64,000 bases of DNA. Source: Polyangiaceae bacterium (GTDB lineage Bacteria > Myxococcota_A > Polyangia > Polyangiales > Polyangiaceae). The translations under genes and the position numbers were made by a program. This document shows, piece by piece, positions 1 to 8,762 of the stretch (positions within the stretch are counted from its first letter, which is position 1; every line of letters starts with the position of its first letter). Location of the stretch: NCBI GenBank assembly GCA_044376115.1, contig JBILLK010000009.1:128001-192000 (forward strand). The letters are read 5' to 3'. The notes under the pieces are model-generated. The model searched no databases and was not told the origin of the DNA. It saw only the letters and a program-made list of their open reading frames with translations.

Positions 1-1914
1 GCCTACACCTCGCTAGTGTATATGACGCCCTACTTCGGCGGCATCATCGCAGACAGGCTGCTCGGTCGCCGGGTTGCCGTGATCCTCGGCGGCGTGCTCA
101 TGGGCATGGGCCACCTGTTGATGGGTCGAGAGACCAAATGGTCCTTCTTTATCGCTCTGGCGCTGCTGATCTGCGGTAACGGCTTCTTCAAGCCAAACAT
201 CTCCACCATCGTCGGCGGGCTGTATGGGCCTGAGGAGGGCGCCAAGAAAGATGGCGGCTTCACCATTTTTTACATGGGAATCAACCTTGGCGCTGCCATG
301 TCGCCCATCCTTTGTGGCTACGTCGGTGAGACCTATGGTTGGCACTACGGCTTCGGTATTGCCACGATTGGTATGTTGATTGGCCTGGCCGTGTTTGCCG
401 CGCCCACCAAGCTCGCACAAGCCTTGGTCCTGCTCGGAGCTGTCGCCGCAACCGGCGCCATGATGATGTTTCAAGACACGCTGATTCAGCTGCTTGTCCG
501 CATCTTCGTAAGTATCTGTTTGCTGGTCGCTGCAGGCGTCGGCGCGGTCGCGCTGCAGCGTGGCGGCGTCCCTGCTAGTGCCGGAGGTCGGCCCGAGTCA
601 GTGAAGACGTCTCCGCTCATGGGGCTGCTTTATTGCATTATCGGAACGGCCGCTGCCGTCGCACTATTCAGCTTTGCCGTTCAGCACAAGAACGAGACCT
701 CCTACGGCCTCATCGCCGTAGGCTTGGTCGCGCTTGGCTACATCATCTTCGAGGCGGTGCGCAGCACGAAGGTCGAGGCCCAGCGGCTGGTCGTCGTGCT
801 CGTGCTGATGTTCTTCAGCCTGCTGTTTTGGGCGTTCTTCGAGCAGGCCGGAAGCAGCATCTCAAACTTCACAGACCGTAACGTGGACCGCGTCAGCGCT
901 GAGACCCGAGTGACCGCGGCGGAGGTCGGCAAGACCATCAAGTTCCGCGTCCCCGCGAGCCTGCCTGAGAAGTTCAAGGCGGAAGCCGAGATTGCTAAAC
1001 TGCCAATGTTGGGCCAGGGCCAGCTTGGTTATGCGAATAGCAACGAGGAAGCCAACGCGCTGATTGAGACGACGGTGGTGCAAGACCTCCGTGCAGCCGG
1101 CGAAAAGAAGATGGCGGAAGCCTCCGAGGCCGAGAAGGCCGAGATGGCCACCAAGCTTGAAAAGTCGATCGAAGAGACCAAAGAGCAACTCGCCAAACAG
1201 CCGCTCTTCACCATGACCGAGCTTTCGGCGTTGCGCGCGGTCGCGGCAGACGGGGACAAGGCGACGTTGGCCAACATGACCGTGGCTTGGACTGTGACCG
1301 AGGCCAACGTAGGTATGCCGCTCTCCGATAGTGAACTACCGGCGTCGGAGTTCCAGTCGGCCAATGCGGTGTTTATCGTCATCTTCGGTCTGGTGTTCAC
1401 TGCGATGTGGACCTGGCTTGCCTCGCGAAAGTTGGAGCCTTCGACCACTGTGAAGTTTGCGTTGGGTTTGCTTCAGCTCGGGCTAGGGTTCGTCGCGTTG
1501 TGGTGGGCGGCAGGGCACGCGGATGCACGCGGGATGACGAGCGTTACATGGCTGTTGCTGGCCTATCTGCTGCACACCACGGGCGAACTCTGTATTTCCC
1601 CGGTGGGCCTCTCCATGGTGACGAAGCTGTCGCCGGCCCGGATCGTTTCGACCGTGATGGGCGCCTGGTTCCTCGCTACCGCCTTCTCCAACGACCTTGC
1701 TGGTCGCATCGCCGCACTTACCGGCGTGTCGGGCGAGGAGGGGGAGCAGGCGATCATTCCTCCGCCTGGTGAGACCGTCGGGCTGTACGGCTCGGTGTTT
1801 GGGCAGATCGCCGTGATCGCGTGTATCTCGGCGGCTGTGTGCTTGGTGCTCTCCCCGCTCTTGACCAAGTGGATGCATCAAGACGAAAACGCGCCGAAGG
1901 ACCGCGGGCACTGA
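1..1914 (+). CDS. POT/PTR family proton-dependent oligopeptide transporter (MFS), 5' end outside window
   Basis: Frame open from base 1 (AYTSLVYMTPYFGGIIADRLLG). POT motifs GNGFFKPNIS, FTIFYMGINLGA, FEQAGSS and GELCISPVGLS are present. Confidence 0.93.
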   Translation, partial: AYTSLVYMTPYFGGIIADRLLGRRVAVILGGVLMGMGHLLMGRETKWSFFIALALLICGNGFFKPNISTIVGGLYGPEEGAKKDGGFTIFYMGINLGAAMSPILCGYVGETYGWHYGFGIATIGMLIGLAVFAAPTKLAQALVLLGAVAATGAMMMFQDTLIQLLVRIFVSICLLVAAGVGAVALQRGGVPASAGGRPESVKTSPLMGLLYCIIGTAAAVALFSFAVQHKNETSYGLIAVGLVALGYIIFEAVRSTKVEAQRLVVVLVLMFFSLLFWAFFEQAGSSISNFTDRNVDRVSAETRVTAAEVGKTIKFRVPASLPEKFKAEAEIAKLPMLGQGQLGYANSNEEANALIETTVVQDLRAAGEKKMAEASEAEKAEMATKLEKSIEETKEQLAKQPLFTMTELSALRAVAADGDKATLANMTVAWTVTEANVGMPLSDSELPASEFQSANAVFIVIFGLVFTAMWTWLASRKLEPSTTVKFALGLLQLGLGFVALWWAAGHADARGMTSVTWLLLAYLLHTTGELCISPVGLSMVTKLSPARIVSTVMGAWFLATAFSNDLAGRIAALTGVSGEEGEQAIIPPPGETVGLYGSVFGQIAVIACISAAVCLVLSPLLTKWMHQDENAPKDRGH

Positions 1915-1966
1915 GTTCTGCTCGCGACGAGTGCGTGAGAGAGCGCATGCAGGCTAAGCTGCCTGT

Positions 1967-3184
1967 ATGCGCTCGTTCACTTTGTCGGCTTTGGCGTTGG
2001 CAGTCGGTGGACTTCTCAGTGGCTGTGATGGTTGCACGGAGCAGGCGGTTGGTCCGTGTGCCGCGTACGGTGAGGCGTGCGGCCAGGAATGCAGCGCCGA
2101 TTCAGAATGCCCCTCGGGGCTTTACTGCGGTGACAGCGGCTGCAACGCCGATTGCCTGCCGAACGGCAACGATTGCCCCGGCGGCGGCGTGTGTGACTCC
2201 AAGGGGCGCTGTGGCGACGCCGAAAGTGGGGGCGGTGGTGCGGGCGCTAGCTCCGGCCAGTTCATGCCGACGGGCGGCGGAGGCAGCGGCGGCGACGGTG
2301 CCGGCGGCGGTTGTGCTGATATCACCCTGACCCTCGCACCAACCATTCCGACGGTGTTTCTGTTGATCGACCAATCGGGCAGCATGACCGAGAACTTCGG
2401 CGGCGGAACGCGTTGGGACGTTCTCTACTCCACGCTGATGGACCCTGCGACCGGCATCGTCCCAGCGCTCGAGGGCCAAGTGCGCTTCGGTCTCGCGCTC
2501 TACACCGGTCAAGGTGACGCCACCTGTCCGAATACCACGCAAGTTGGGATCGCCCTCAATAACTACGCAGCCATCGATGCCGTTTACAGTGCTGCAGGCC
2601 CCGTTGGAGACACGCCTACTGGGGACTCGATTGACGCGATTGTGCCGGTGCTGACGGCGGTCATGGAGGAAGGCCCCAAGGTGATCGTCTTGGCGACGGA
2701 TGGTGAGCCCGATACCTGCGAGCAACCCAACCCGCAGAACGGCCAGGCGGAAGCCATTGCTGCAGCTCAGGCGGCCTTTGGTCAGGCCATCACGACGTAC
2801 ATTATTGCTGTTGGTGGCGACGTCAGCACTCAACACCAACAGGACATGGCCAACGCAGGCACCGGAAAGCCGCTCGACGGTAGCCAGGGCAACTCTCCGT
2901 ACTATCCCGCCGGCAACCAACAAGCCTTGGTGGATGCTTTCAACGAGATCATCAACGGGGTTCGATCCTGTGTGTTGACGCTCAACGGCGCGGTGGACCC
3001 GGCTAAGGCAGGAGAGGGAAAGGTCTTCGTCGACGGGATGCTCGTCGGCTTCAACGACCCCAACGGTTGGAAGCTCAATTCCTCGACGGAGATTGAATTG
3101 GTGGGAATCGCTTGCGAGACGATTCAGACTGGTGAGCACACCGTCACCGCGACGTTCCCTTGTGGAGCCGTCATTCCCGAATAG
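1967..3184 (+). CDS. VWA-domain lipoprotein with Cys-rich N-terminal repeats and Gly linker
   Basis: Lipobox LLSGC, CxxDxxCP-type repeats, MIDAS residues DQSGS...TPTG...ATDGEP. Confidence 0.85.
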   Translation: MRSFTLSALALAVGGLLSGCDGCTEQAVGPCAAYGEACGQECSADSECPSGLYCGDSGCNADCLPNGNDCPGGGVCDSKGRCGDAESGGGGAGASSGQFMPTGGGGSGGDGAGGGCADITLTLAPTIPTVFLLIDQSGSMTENFGGGTRWDVLYSTLMDPATGIVPALEGQVRFGLALYTGQGDATCPNTTQVGIALNNYAAIDAVYSAAGPVGDTPTGDSIDAIVPVLTAVMEEGPKVIVLATDGEPDTCEQPNPQNGQAEAIAAAQAAFGQAITTYIIAVGGDVSTQHQQDMANAGTGKPLDGSQGNSPYYPAGNQQALVDAFNEIINGVRSCVLTLNGAVDPAKAGEGKVFVDGMLVGFNDPNGWKLNSSTEIELVGIACETIQTGEHTVTATFPCGAVIPE

Positions 3185-3219
3185 AAAGCGCGCCTTACAC
3201 GTCGCGCTGCGAAAGAGAA

Positions 3220-3250
3220 AGGACTCGCACCAGCGAATGGTGCGAGTCCT
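3220..3250 (-). terminator. Intrinsic terminator of sucA (possibly bidirectional)
   Basis: Perfect 13-bp inverted repeat AGGACTCGCACCA-N5-TGGTGCGAGTCCT between convergent genes, followed on the minus strand by a T-rich tract. Confidence 0.75.
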
Positions 3251-3299
3251 CGGTCGTAACGAACAGCCGAACAGCATCCGCCTTGGCGGAAGCCAACCC

Positions 3300-6212
3300 T
3301 CAGGCGAGCGCTTGGCCGATCAGCGTGCTTTGCTCAAGCAGATGTGCGGCGCGAGAGCCCGTCGCCGGGCTTGCGCTAGCCGCGCGCGCTACGCAGGAGA
3401 GAGGCATCCGCCCGTCGATGAGGTCGGGCAAACGCGCATTGATGAAGTACCAACCGCCGTAGTTCTTCGGCTCCTCTTGCACCCACACCAAGGGTGTCCC
3501 GGCCGGGAACTTCGCCAGTGCGTCCTTGAGCTCTGAGCCGAGCGGGTAGAGCTGCTCGAGGCGGAGGATTGCGACGTCCTTGATGCCGCGTGCCTCGCGC
3601 TCGAGTGCGAGATCGTAATAGACCTTGCCGCTGCACAGGAGAACCTTGCGCACGGTGGAAGCGCCCTCGAGGACATCCCCAATCACCGGTTGGAATTCGC
3701 CGTTGCACAGGTCTTCAACGGTTGAAACCGGGCGGTGAAGGCCAGCCGAGGTCGCCGCGACGCGCAGCAGGCTTTTGGGCGTCATGATCACCAATGGCTT
3801 GCGCCACGGCCTCACGACTTGCCGCCGAAGCGCGTGGAAGAGCTGCGCTGGCGTGGTGAGGTTGCAAACCTGGACGTTGTCTTCAGCGCTGTTCTGGAGG
3901 AAGCGCTCCATGCGAGCGCTGGAGTGCTCCGGCCCCTGGCCCTCGTAGCCGTGGGGCAAGAGCAGCGTCAGGCCGCTGAGCCGATGCCATTTGTCCTCAC
4001 ACGAGGTGAGGAACTGATCCACGATGACCTGCGCGCCATTGAGGAAGTCACCAAACTGCGCCTCCCAGATTACGAGCGCGTCGGGGTAGTCGAGGCTGTA
4101 GCCGAACTCGAAGCCGAGCACCCCCGCCTCTGACAGCGGGCTGTTCCAGGCATCGAAGCGCGCGTGCTCGCGGCAGACCGCAGCAAACGGTGAGTAGACC
4201 GAGCCGGTGTCGATGTCGTGGAGGACGGCGTGACGATGGCTGAAGGTGCCGCGTTGCACGTCCTGCCCGCTCAACCGCACAGAGTACCCCTCATGAAGCA
4301 GCGAAGCGTACGCAAGCGCTTCAGCGGCTCCCCAGTCGAACGCTTCCCCTTTGGTCAGCTTCTCGTGCCGTTGCTTGAGCGTCGGCAGTACCTTGGGGTG
4401 AACCTTGAAGCCCTCGGGGAAGGTTACCAATGACGTGGAAAGCGCCTCTAACGTCGACCGGTCCACCTTGGTCGGAACGCTGGGCGTCTCTGTCGACGGG
4501 CCGCCCTTGTAGGGCGTCCACACTCCGCCGAGCGTGTACTTGCCGATCACCCAGCCCTGCTCTTTCACAGCACGGAAGGCCTCTTCGAGTCGCGCCCGTT
4601 GCGCCTGCGCGATCGAAGTCGCGAGCTCCTCGGTGATGTGACCGAGGCCGCGCAGATGATCGATGTACATGCGACGTACCGTGGGCTTTTGGTCGATCAG
4701 CCTGTACATCGCCGGCTGGGTGTAACGCGGCTCGTCGCCCTCGTTATGGCCGTACTTGCGGTAGCAATAGACGTCGATCACGACGTCCTGCTTGAACTTC
4801 TGGCGGTAGTCCATCGCCAGCATGGCTACCTGCGCAACCGCCTCCGGATCTTCGCCGTTGACGTGGAACACCGGCACTTTGAGCATGCGCGTGATGTCGC
4901 TGGCGTAGCGCGTGGAGCGAGAATCTTCCGGATCGGTGGTGAAACCGACCTGGTTGTTCACGATCAGGTGGATGGTTCCGCCCGTCTTGTAGCCCGTCAA
5001 GCCGCAGAGATTGAGCGTCTCGGGAACGATCCCTTGGCCGATGAACGCTGCATCTCCGTGAATCAGCAGCGGCATCACGCGGTTCATCGCGTCCTCGCCC
5101 AGCTTGACCAGCGTGCCAGTCGCGCTCTGACGGCGCTCTTGCTTCGCTCGTACGCGGCCCTCGACGACCGGATTGACGAACTCGAGGTGGCTCGGGTTGA
5201 AGGTGAGCGTGAGGTGGATGTTCTTGCCACCCTCAGTCACGCGATCGGTCGAGTAGCCCAGGTGGTACTTGACGTCCCCGCGCCCAAGGTTGCCTTCCGC
5301 GTCACGGTCTTCAAACGCCGCGAAGATCTCCTGCAGGCTCTTGTCCATGATGTTGACGAGGACGTTGAGCCGACCGCGGTGAGCCATGCCGAGCACGATC
5401 TCCTCCACGCCGTTCTCCGCCGCCCGCTCGATCAGCAGGTCAACCAGGGCCATTGTGCTCTCGCCGCCCTCGAGGGAGAAGCGCTTGGTGCCCGCGCCGT
5501 ACGAGCCGTGGATGAACTGCTCGAAGACCTCCGCCTCGGTGAGCTTCGAGAGGATACGGAGCTGTTGCGCCTTGGTGAGCTCGAGTCGGTTCTTGGTCGA
5601 CTCCATTTGCTCGCGCAACCAACGCCGGGCTTCAGGATCCTCGATGTGGGTGAACTCCACGCCGATCGACCGGCAGTAGGTCTCACGGAGCTTCTCCAGC
5701 AGCTCTCGAAGGAGCATCGTCGACGGCCCCGGGAAATCAACCGTCGGCACGGAGCGCGAGAGCGCGTCCTCGCTCAGGCCGAAGTTGGAAAGCTCCAGCT
5801 CTGGATGGCTTGCCGACGGCTGCGAGAGCGGATTCACGTTGGCGTAAAGGTGCCCTCGAACACGGAAGGCGTTCAGCAGCTGGTAGACGCGCGCGTGCAA
5901 CGCAGCGTCGGAGCTGGCTGCGTCCAGCGCGCCCCGCACCGGCGCGACCGATGCTTCCGGCGTTACCGAGATTTTAGGCGCTACTGCCGCGATCTCGAAG
6001 GTTCGGTCGAGCGCAGCGACCACCTCGGTATGGCCGTTCTTGCCATTCGCCGCGGCGAGAGCCTGCGCCGCGTGACCGTTGCGCCGCACACGGCCAACTC
6101 GCTCGTCGAAGAAGGCGCGCCACGAGGCGTCCACCGACTCAGGGTTGTCGAGATATTGACCGTAGAGCTCTTCAACGAGCCCGGAGTTGATGCCGAAATT
6201 CAGGTCAGCCAT
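3300..6212 (-). CDS. sucA: 2-oxoglutarate dehydrogenase E1 component
   Basis: KRFSLEGGE, GMAHRGRLN, GDVKYHLG, HGDAAF..GQG (TPP motif), WEAQFGDF, LPHGYEGQGPEHSSAR. ATG 6212 chosen as start. Confidence 0.97.
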   Translation of the reverse strand: MADLNFGINSGLVEELYGQYLDNPESVDASWRAFFDERVGRVRRNGHAAQALAAANGKNGHTEVVAALDRTFEIAAVAPKISVTPEASVAPVRGALDAASSDAALHARVYQLLNAFRVRGHLYANVNPLSQPSASHPELELSNFGLSEDALSRSVPTVDFPGPSTMLLRELLEKLRETYCRSIGVEFTHIEDPEARRWLREQMESTKNRLELTKAQQLRILSKLTEAEVFEQFIHGSYGAGTKRFSLEGGESTMALVDLLIERAAENGVEEIVLGMAHRGRLNVLVNIMDKSLQEIFAAFEDRDAEGNLGRGDVKYHLGYSTDRVTEGGKNIHLTLTFNPSHLEFVNPVVEGRVRAKQERRQSATGTLVKLGEDAMNRVMPLLIHGDAAFIGQGIVPETLNLCGLTGYKTGGTIHLIVNNQVGFTTDPEDSRSTRYASDITRMLKVPVFHVNGEDPEAVAQVAMLAMDYRQKFKQDVVIDVYCYRKYGHNEGDEPRYTQPAMYRLIDQKPTVRRMYIDHLRGLGHITEELATSIAQAQRARLEEAFRAVKEQGWVIGKYTLGGVWTPYKGGPSTETPSVPTKVDRSTLEALSTSLVTFPEGFKVHPKVLPTLKQRHEKLTKGEAFDWGAAEALAYASLLHEGYSVRLSGQDVQRGTFSHRHAVLHDIDTGSVYSPFAAVCREHARFDAWNSPLSEAGVLGFEFGYSLDYPDALVIWEAQFGDFLNGAQVIVDQFLTSCEDKWHRLSGLTLLLPHGYEGQGPEHSSARMERFLQNSAEDNVQVCNLTTPAQLFHALRRQVVRPWRKPLVIMTPKSLLRVAATSAGLHRPVSTVEDLCNGEFQPVIGDVLEGASTVRKVLLCSGKVYYDLALEREARGIKDVAILRLEQLYPLGSELKDALAKFPAGTPLVWVQEEPKNYGGWYFINARLPDLIDGRMPLSCVARAASASPATGSRAAHLLEQSTLIGQALA

Positions 6213-6284
6213 GGGGGTAGCGCCGATGCGAAAAGGGACCGCGGGCATAACGCGCCTACGGTCCGATCGAAAGGGTTGTGAAGG

Positions 6285-7049
6285 TCAAAAGGTGACTTGG
6301 AGATTTGCGCCCTGGGCGGTGGGCACGAGCGTGACGCCCGTGGACTCGTCGAGTACTTCGAGTTCTGCCACGTCGTTGCGCCGGTAGACTGGTCGTTTGA
6401 GGACGAACCCCCCGAGCATGAGGCCGAATCCCGTGGCTTGCACCGCGGTAATGATGGTCATGCCCGCAAAGGTTGCGCGACCGTCGTCACTCTCAATGCC
6501 TTTCGCAATCGGGGACCAGATCACTGGCCCGACAAGTGGCACCATCAACAAAAGCGCCTCGTCGTACTCGTTGTCGCCTCCAGCGTAGAGGCCGCCACCG
6601 ACGAGGGCAGTAATCGCGTGGGAAATGGAAAAGATGATGGTCCCGGAAAGCCAGAGCGGCTTTCGTGCTTCACGGGCCATTCGGTAGCCCACAGGCGGTG
6701 CTTCGCGCGGATCGAGCACGGGAAAAGAACGGGGGAAGCGGCCAGGTTGTTCCAGGTAACCCGGTGGCATGACCACGACATCCGGCGCTGGTGCTGCTTG
6801 CCATCCGTTGTTCCAACCTTGATTGGGAACTGCCGGCATCGGCTGCGGTTGGCCCGGTTGGACGACAACCGGTTGGGCCACGGGCGGTTGCATTGGCGCG
6901 GAGGGAGCCTGCGGTTGCACCGGCACCGGTGCACTCGGAGCGGGTGGTGGTGTCATCGGCGCAGGCGGTGGTGCCGCTTGCGAGACGGCCGTTCCGGCTG
7001 GGAGCAGTAGAGCGAGAGAGAGTGCAAAGGTCTTCATCGGTTCGCTCAA
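6285..7049 (-). CDS. Exported Pro-rich hypothetical protein with hydrophobic C-terminal domain
   Basis: Signal peptide, Pro/Gln-rich tract, PPVGY motif, Gly-rich hydrophobic segments, terminal Phe. Paralogue of the next gene. Confidence 0.75.
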   Translation of the reverse strand: MSEPMKTFALSLALLLPAGTAVSQAAPPPAPMTPPPAPSAPVPVQPQAPSAPMQPPVAQPVVVQPGQPQPMPAVPNQGWNNGWQAAPAPDVVVMPPGYLEQPGRFPRSFPVLDPREAPPVGYRMAREARKPLWLSGTIIFSISHAITALVGGGLYAGGDNEYDEALLLMVPLVGPVIWSPIAKGIESDDGRATFAGMTIITAVQATGFGLMLGGFVLKRPVYRRNDVAELEVLDESTGVTLVPTAQGANLQVTF

Positions 7050-7777
7050 AAATCGATTGCCATGGAGCCGGCGCCCAAGCCAACGGAGGCGCGAAGCCGC
7101 GGGGCGGCTGCCTCGTCCTCCAGCGGGATACCCGTTGGCAGTCTGCGAAGCCAGGTGTCACGCTCGAAGGCCGAAACGAGTGCCATCGCAAGCCCTGCTG
7201 CTTGGCCAATCCCGTCCAACACGAGCAAGTAGCTCGCGGTTCCGTCGGTCTCAGCGGTGCCGATGCTGATAAAGGGCCCGGCGACCGGAACGAACAGGGG
7301 GGCCAACTCGGTGTCACCAGCGAACACTGCGATATAGGCGGCCACTGAGCTACCGAGATAGAGCGAGCCCAGCGTTACGATGCCGCCGACCAGAAACCTC
7401 TTGCTCGGCCCCTCCTCCGACTCGTACCCCGGAGGGATGACCTCGCCCGGCCGCCATTCAAGCTTGCGCGGTCTTGGGTCACGCAGCCCACGGCGGCGGC
7501 CCGAAGGGCGGTCTTGATCGGGTTCCATGCGCGGCGGTGGTGGAGGCGCTGGGGCTAGTGCCTGCGTGCCCGGACCTTGCGTTGCTGCGGGTTGCATTGC
7601 TGCGGGTTGACCGCCTGACGGAGCCTGAGGCGGGGTCGCAGTCGGGACCGAACTCGCGGACGGAGCCGCGGTCATTGGGGGCAAGGGTGGTGGCGGCGGA
7701 GCGGCGGGTTGGGCACCCGCCGAACCTGTTGCCGCAACCAGCGCGACACCCGTCGCAATCGCAAGATCCCAGCGCAT
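7046..7777 (-). CDS. Exported Pro-rich hypothetical protein (paralogue of 6285..7049)
   Basis: Same architecture (signal peptide, Pro-rich tract, IPPGY, LFVPVAGPFI, terminal Phe). 4-nt overlap with the downstream gene. Confidence 0.75.
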   Translation of the reverse strand: MRWDLAIATGVALVAATGSAGAQPAAPPPPPLPPMTAAPSASSVPTATPPQAPSGGQPAAMQPAATQGPGTQALAPAPPPPPRMEPDQDRPSGRRRGLRDPRPRKLEWRPGEVIPPGYESEEGPSKRFLVGGIVTLGSLYLGSSVAAYIAVFAGDTELAPLFVPVAGPFISIGTAETDGTASYLLVLDGIGQAAGLAMALVSAFERDTWLRRLPTGIPLEDEAAAPRLRASVGLGAGSMAIDF

Positions 7778-7779
7778 TT

Positions 7780-7911
7780 TCAGCCTGCGAGGGGCTTGAA
7801 GGCTTCGAGTGCCTTCTTCCAGGCGCGGGCTTTCCGGCCGCTCTTCGTTCGCGAAGCCTTCTGCGCGATTTTTTCTTCGAGGTTCTTCAACTTGCGGGCG
7901 GGTCGGTTCAC
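7780..7911 (-). CDS. Small basic protein, 43 aa (MNRPARKLKNLEEKIAQKASRTKSGRKARAWKKALEAFKPLAG)
   Basis: Hand-translated and shorter than any ORF in the track. GTG start preceded by AAGGA; TGA ends 2 nt before the next ATG; 14 of 43 residues are Lys/Arg. Confidence 0.7.
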   Translation of the reverse strand: MNRPARKLKNLEEKIAQKASRTKSGRKARAWKKALEAFKPLAG

Positions 7912-8002
7912 GGTTTTTCCTTGTTTAAGGAGTGATAGTTAAGAAGCGGCTTCGGCCCCACTTCAAGGCGGGCGGATGCTGCCCGAACCGGTCCGCGGAG
8001 TA

Positions 8003-8254
8003 AATGACTCATGCCAAGTCGACGGTTCAACGGGGCCTTCGGGCGTCGTTGTCGAAGAAGGCCCGAGTCATTCACTTCGTGCCTTCGGCACTCCGTAGAC
8101 CTGCGTGGACTCCGTCCACTTCGTGGACTCTGTCCACTCCGGTTCTGGATGCTGCGTCCACCTTCGGTGGAATGACTCATGCCAAGTTGATGAGCGAAAC
8201 GGGGCCTTCGGCGGATTCTCTCGAAGAGGGCACGAGTCTTCGTGCTTTCGGCAC
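8003..8254. repeat. Imperfect two-copy structured repeat (about 8003-8091 and 8171-8254) separated by short hairpins
   Basis: Shared blocks AATGACTCATGCCAAGT, AACGGGGCCTTCGG, TCGAAGAnGGCnCGAGTC and TTCGTGCnTTCGGCAC. Spacer hairpins GTGGAC-N3-GTCCAC (twice) and TCCACC-TTC-GGTGGA. Confidence 0.85.
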
Positions 8255-8269
8255 GGAGTGAAGGGCTAG

Positions 8270-8731
8270 CTACGTTTTATCGGCTACGGAGTCGGGCGTT
8301 TCTGCGCCCATACGTCCCAGCAGGTGAATGCCGCCGCCGAGGCCCAACCCACCAACCACCGCGATTGCGATGGCCCAAGGCGAGCTCGAGGTCGCAAGCC
8401 CCGCAAGACCAGCGGCTGCCACCGCCATGCTGAGGAGCACCGTCTTGCGCGGCTCGGGGAAGGACGACCCGGCAACGAAGCTGGCGATTCCGAGAATGAC
8501 GAGGGCGTAGGGACTCTCGGCGGGGCCTAGGGCAGCCGTTCCTACGAGCAGCGCCGTCACCGCAACTACCGCGGCGGATGTGCGAAACAGGTTGCGGTTG
8601 CCAAGCTCAACGGGGAGCGGAGAAGGCTCCGCCGGCGCCTCAACGTGTCTCCGCTTCCTTCTCCGCTTTCGCCGGGGAGCAGCCTCTGCGGGCGTGCCGT
8701 CTTCGGTCTCCACGCGCTGGAGGGTAGCCAA
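8270..8731 (-). CDS. Hypothetical membrane protein with Arg/Lys-rich N-terminus
   Basis: RRKRRRKRRH followed by about four hydrophobic segments. Start uncertain (TTG). Confidence 0.6.
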   Translation of the reverse strand: MATLQRVETEDGTPAEAAPRRKRRRKRRHVEAPAEPSPLPVELGNRNLFRTSAAVVAVTALLVGTAALGPAESPYALVILGIASFVAGSSFPEPRKTVLLSMAVAAAGLAGLATSSSPWAIAIAVVGGLGLGGGIHLLGRMGAETPDSVADKT

Positions 8732-8762
8732 GAAGCGGCAGAGAGGCTAGGACAGCCAAGCC

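Noticed and set aside
4599..6281. Long antisense ORFs (560 aa here; also 12016..13347, 19455..20696 and 59993..61084)
   Set aside because: Shadow frames of well-supported genes, expected in high-GC3 DNA, with no recognisable motifs.
8186..8200. Hammerhead-like TGATGAGCGAAAC in repeat copy 2
   Set aside because: There is no room for stem II, the core C is missing, and the motif is not conserved in copy 1.
8003..8254. CRISPR array interpretation of the repeats
   Set aside because: Only two long degenerate copies, no regular spacers and no cas genes.
8004..8261. 85-aa plus-strand ORF with a repeated MTHAK
   Set aside because: Similarity between the copies breaks frame after the first block, so it is better explained as a by-product of the nucleotide repeat.
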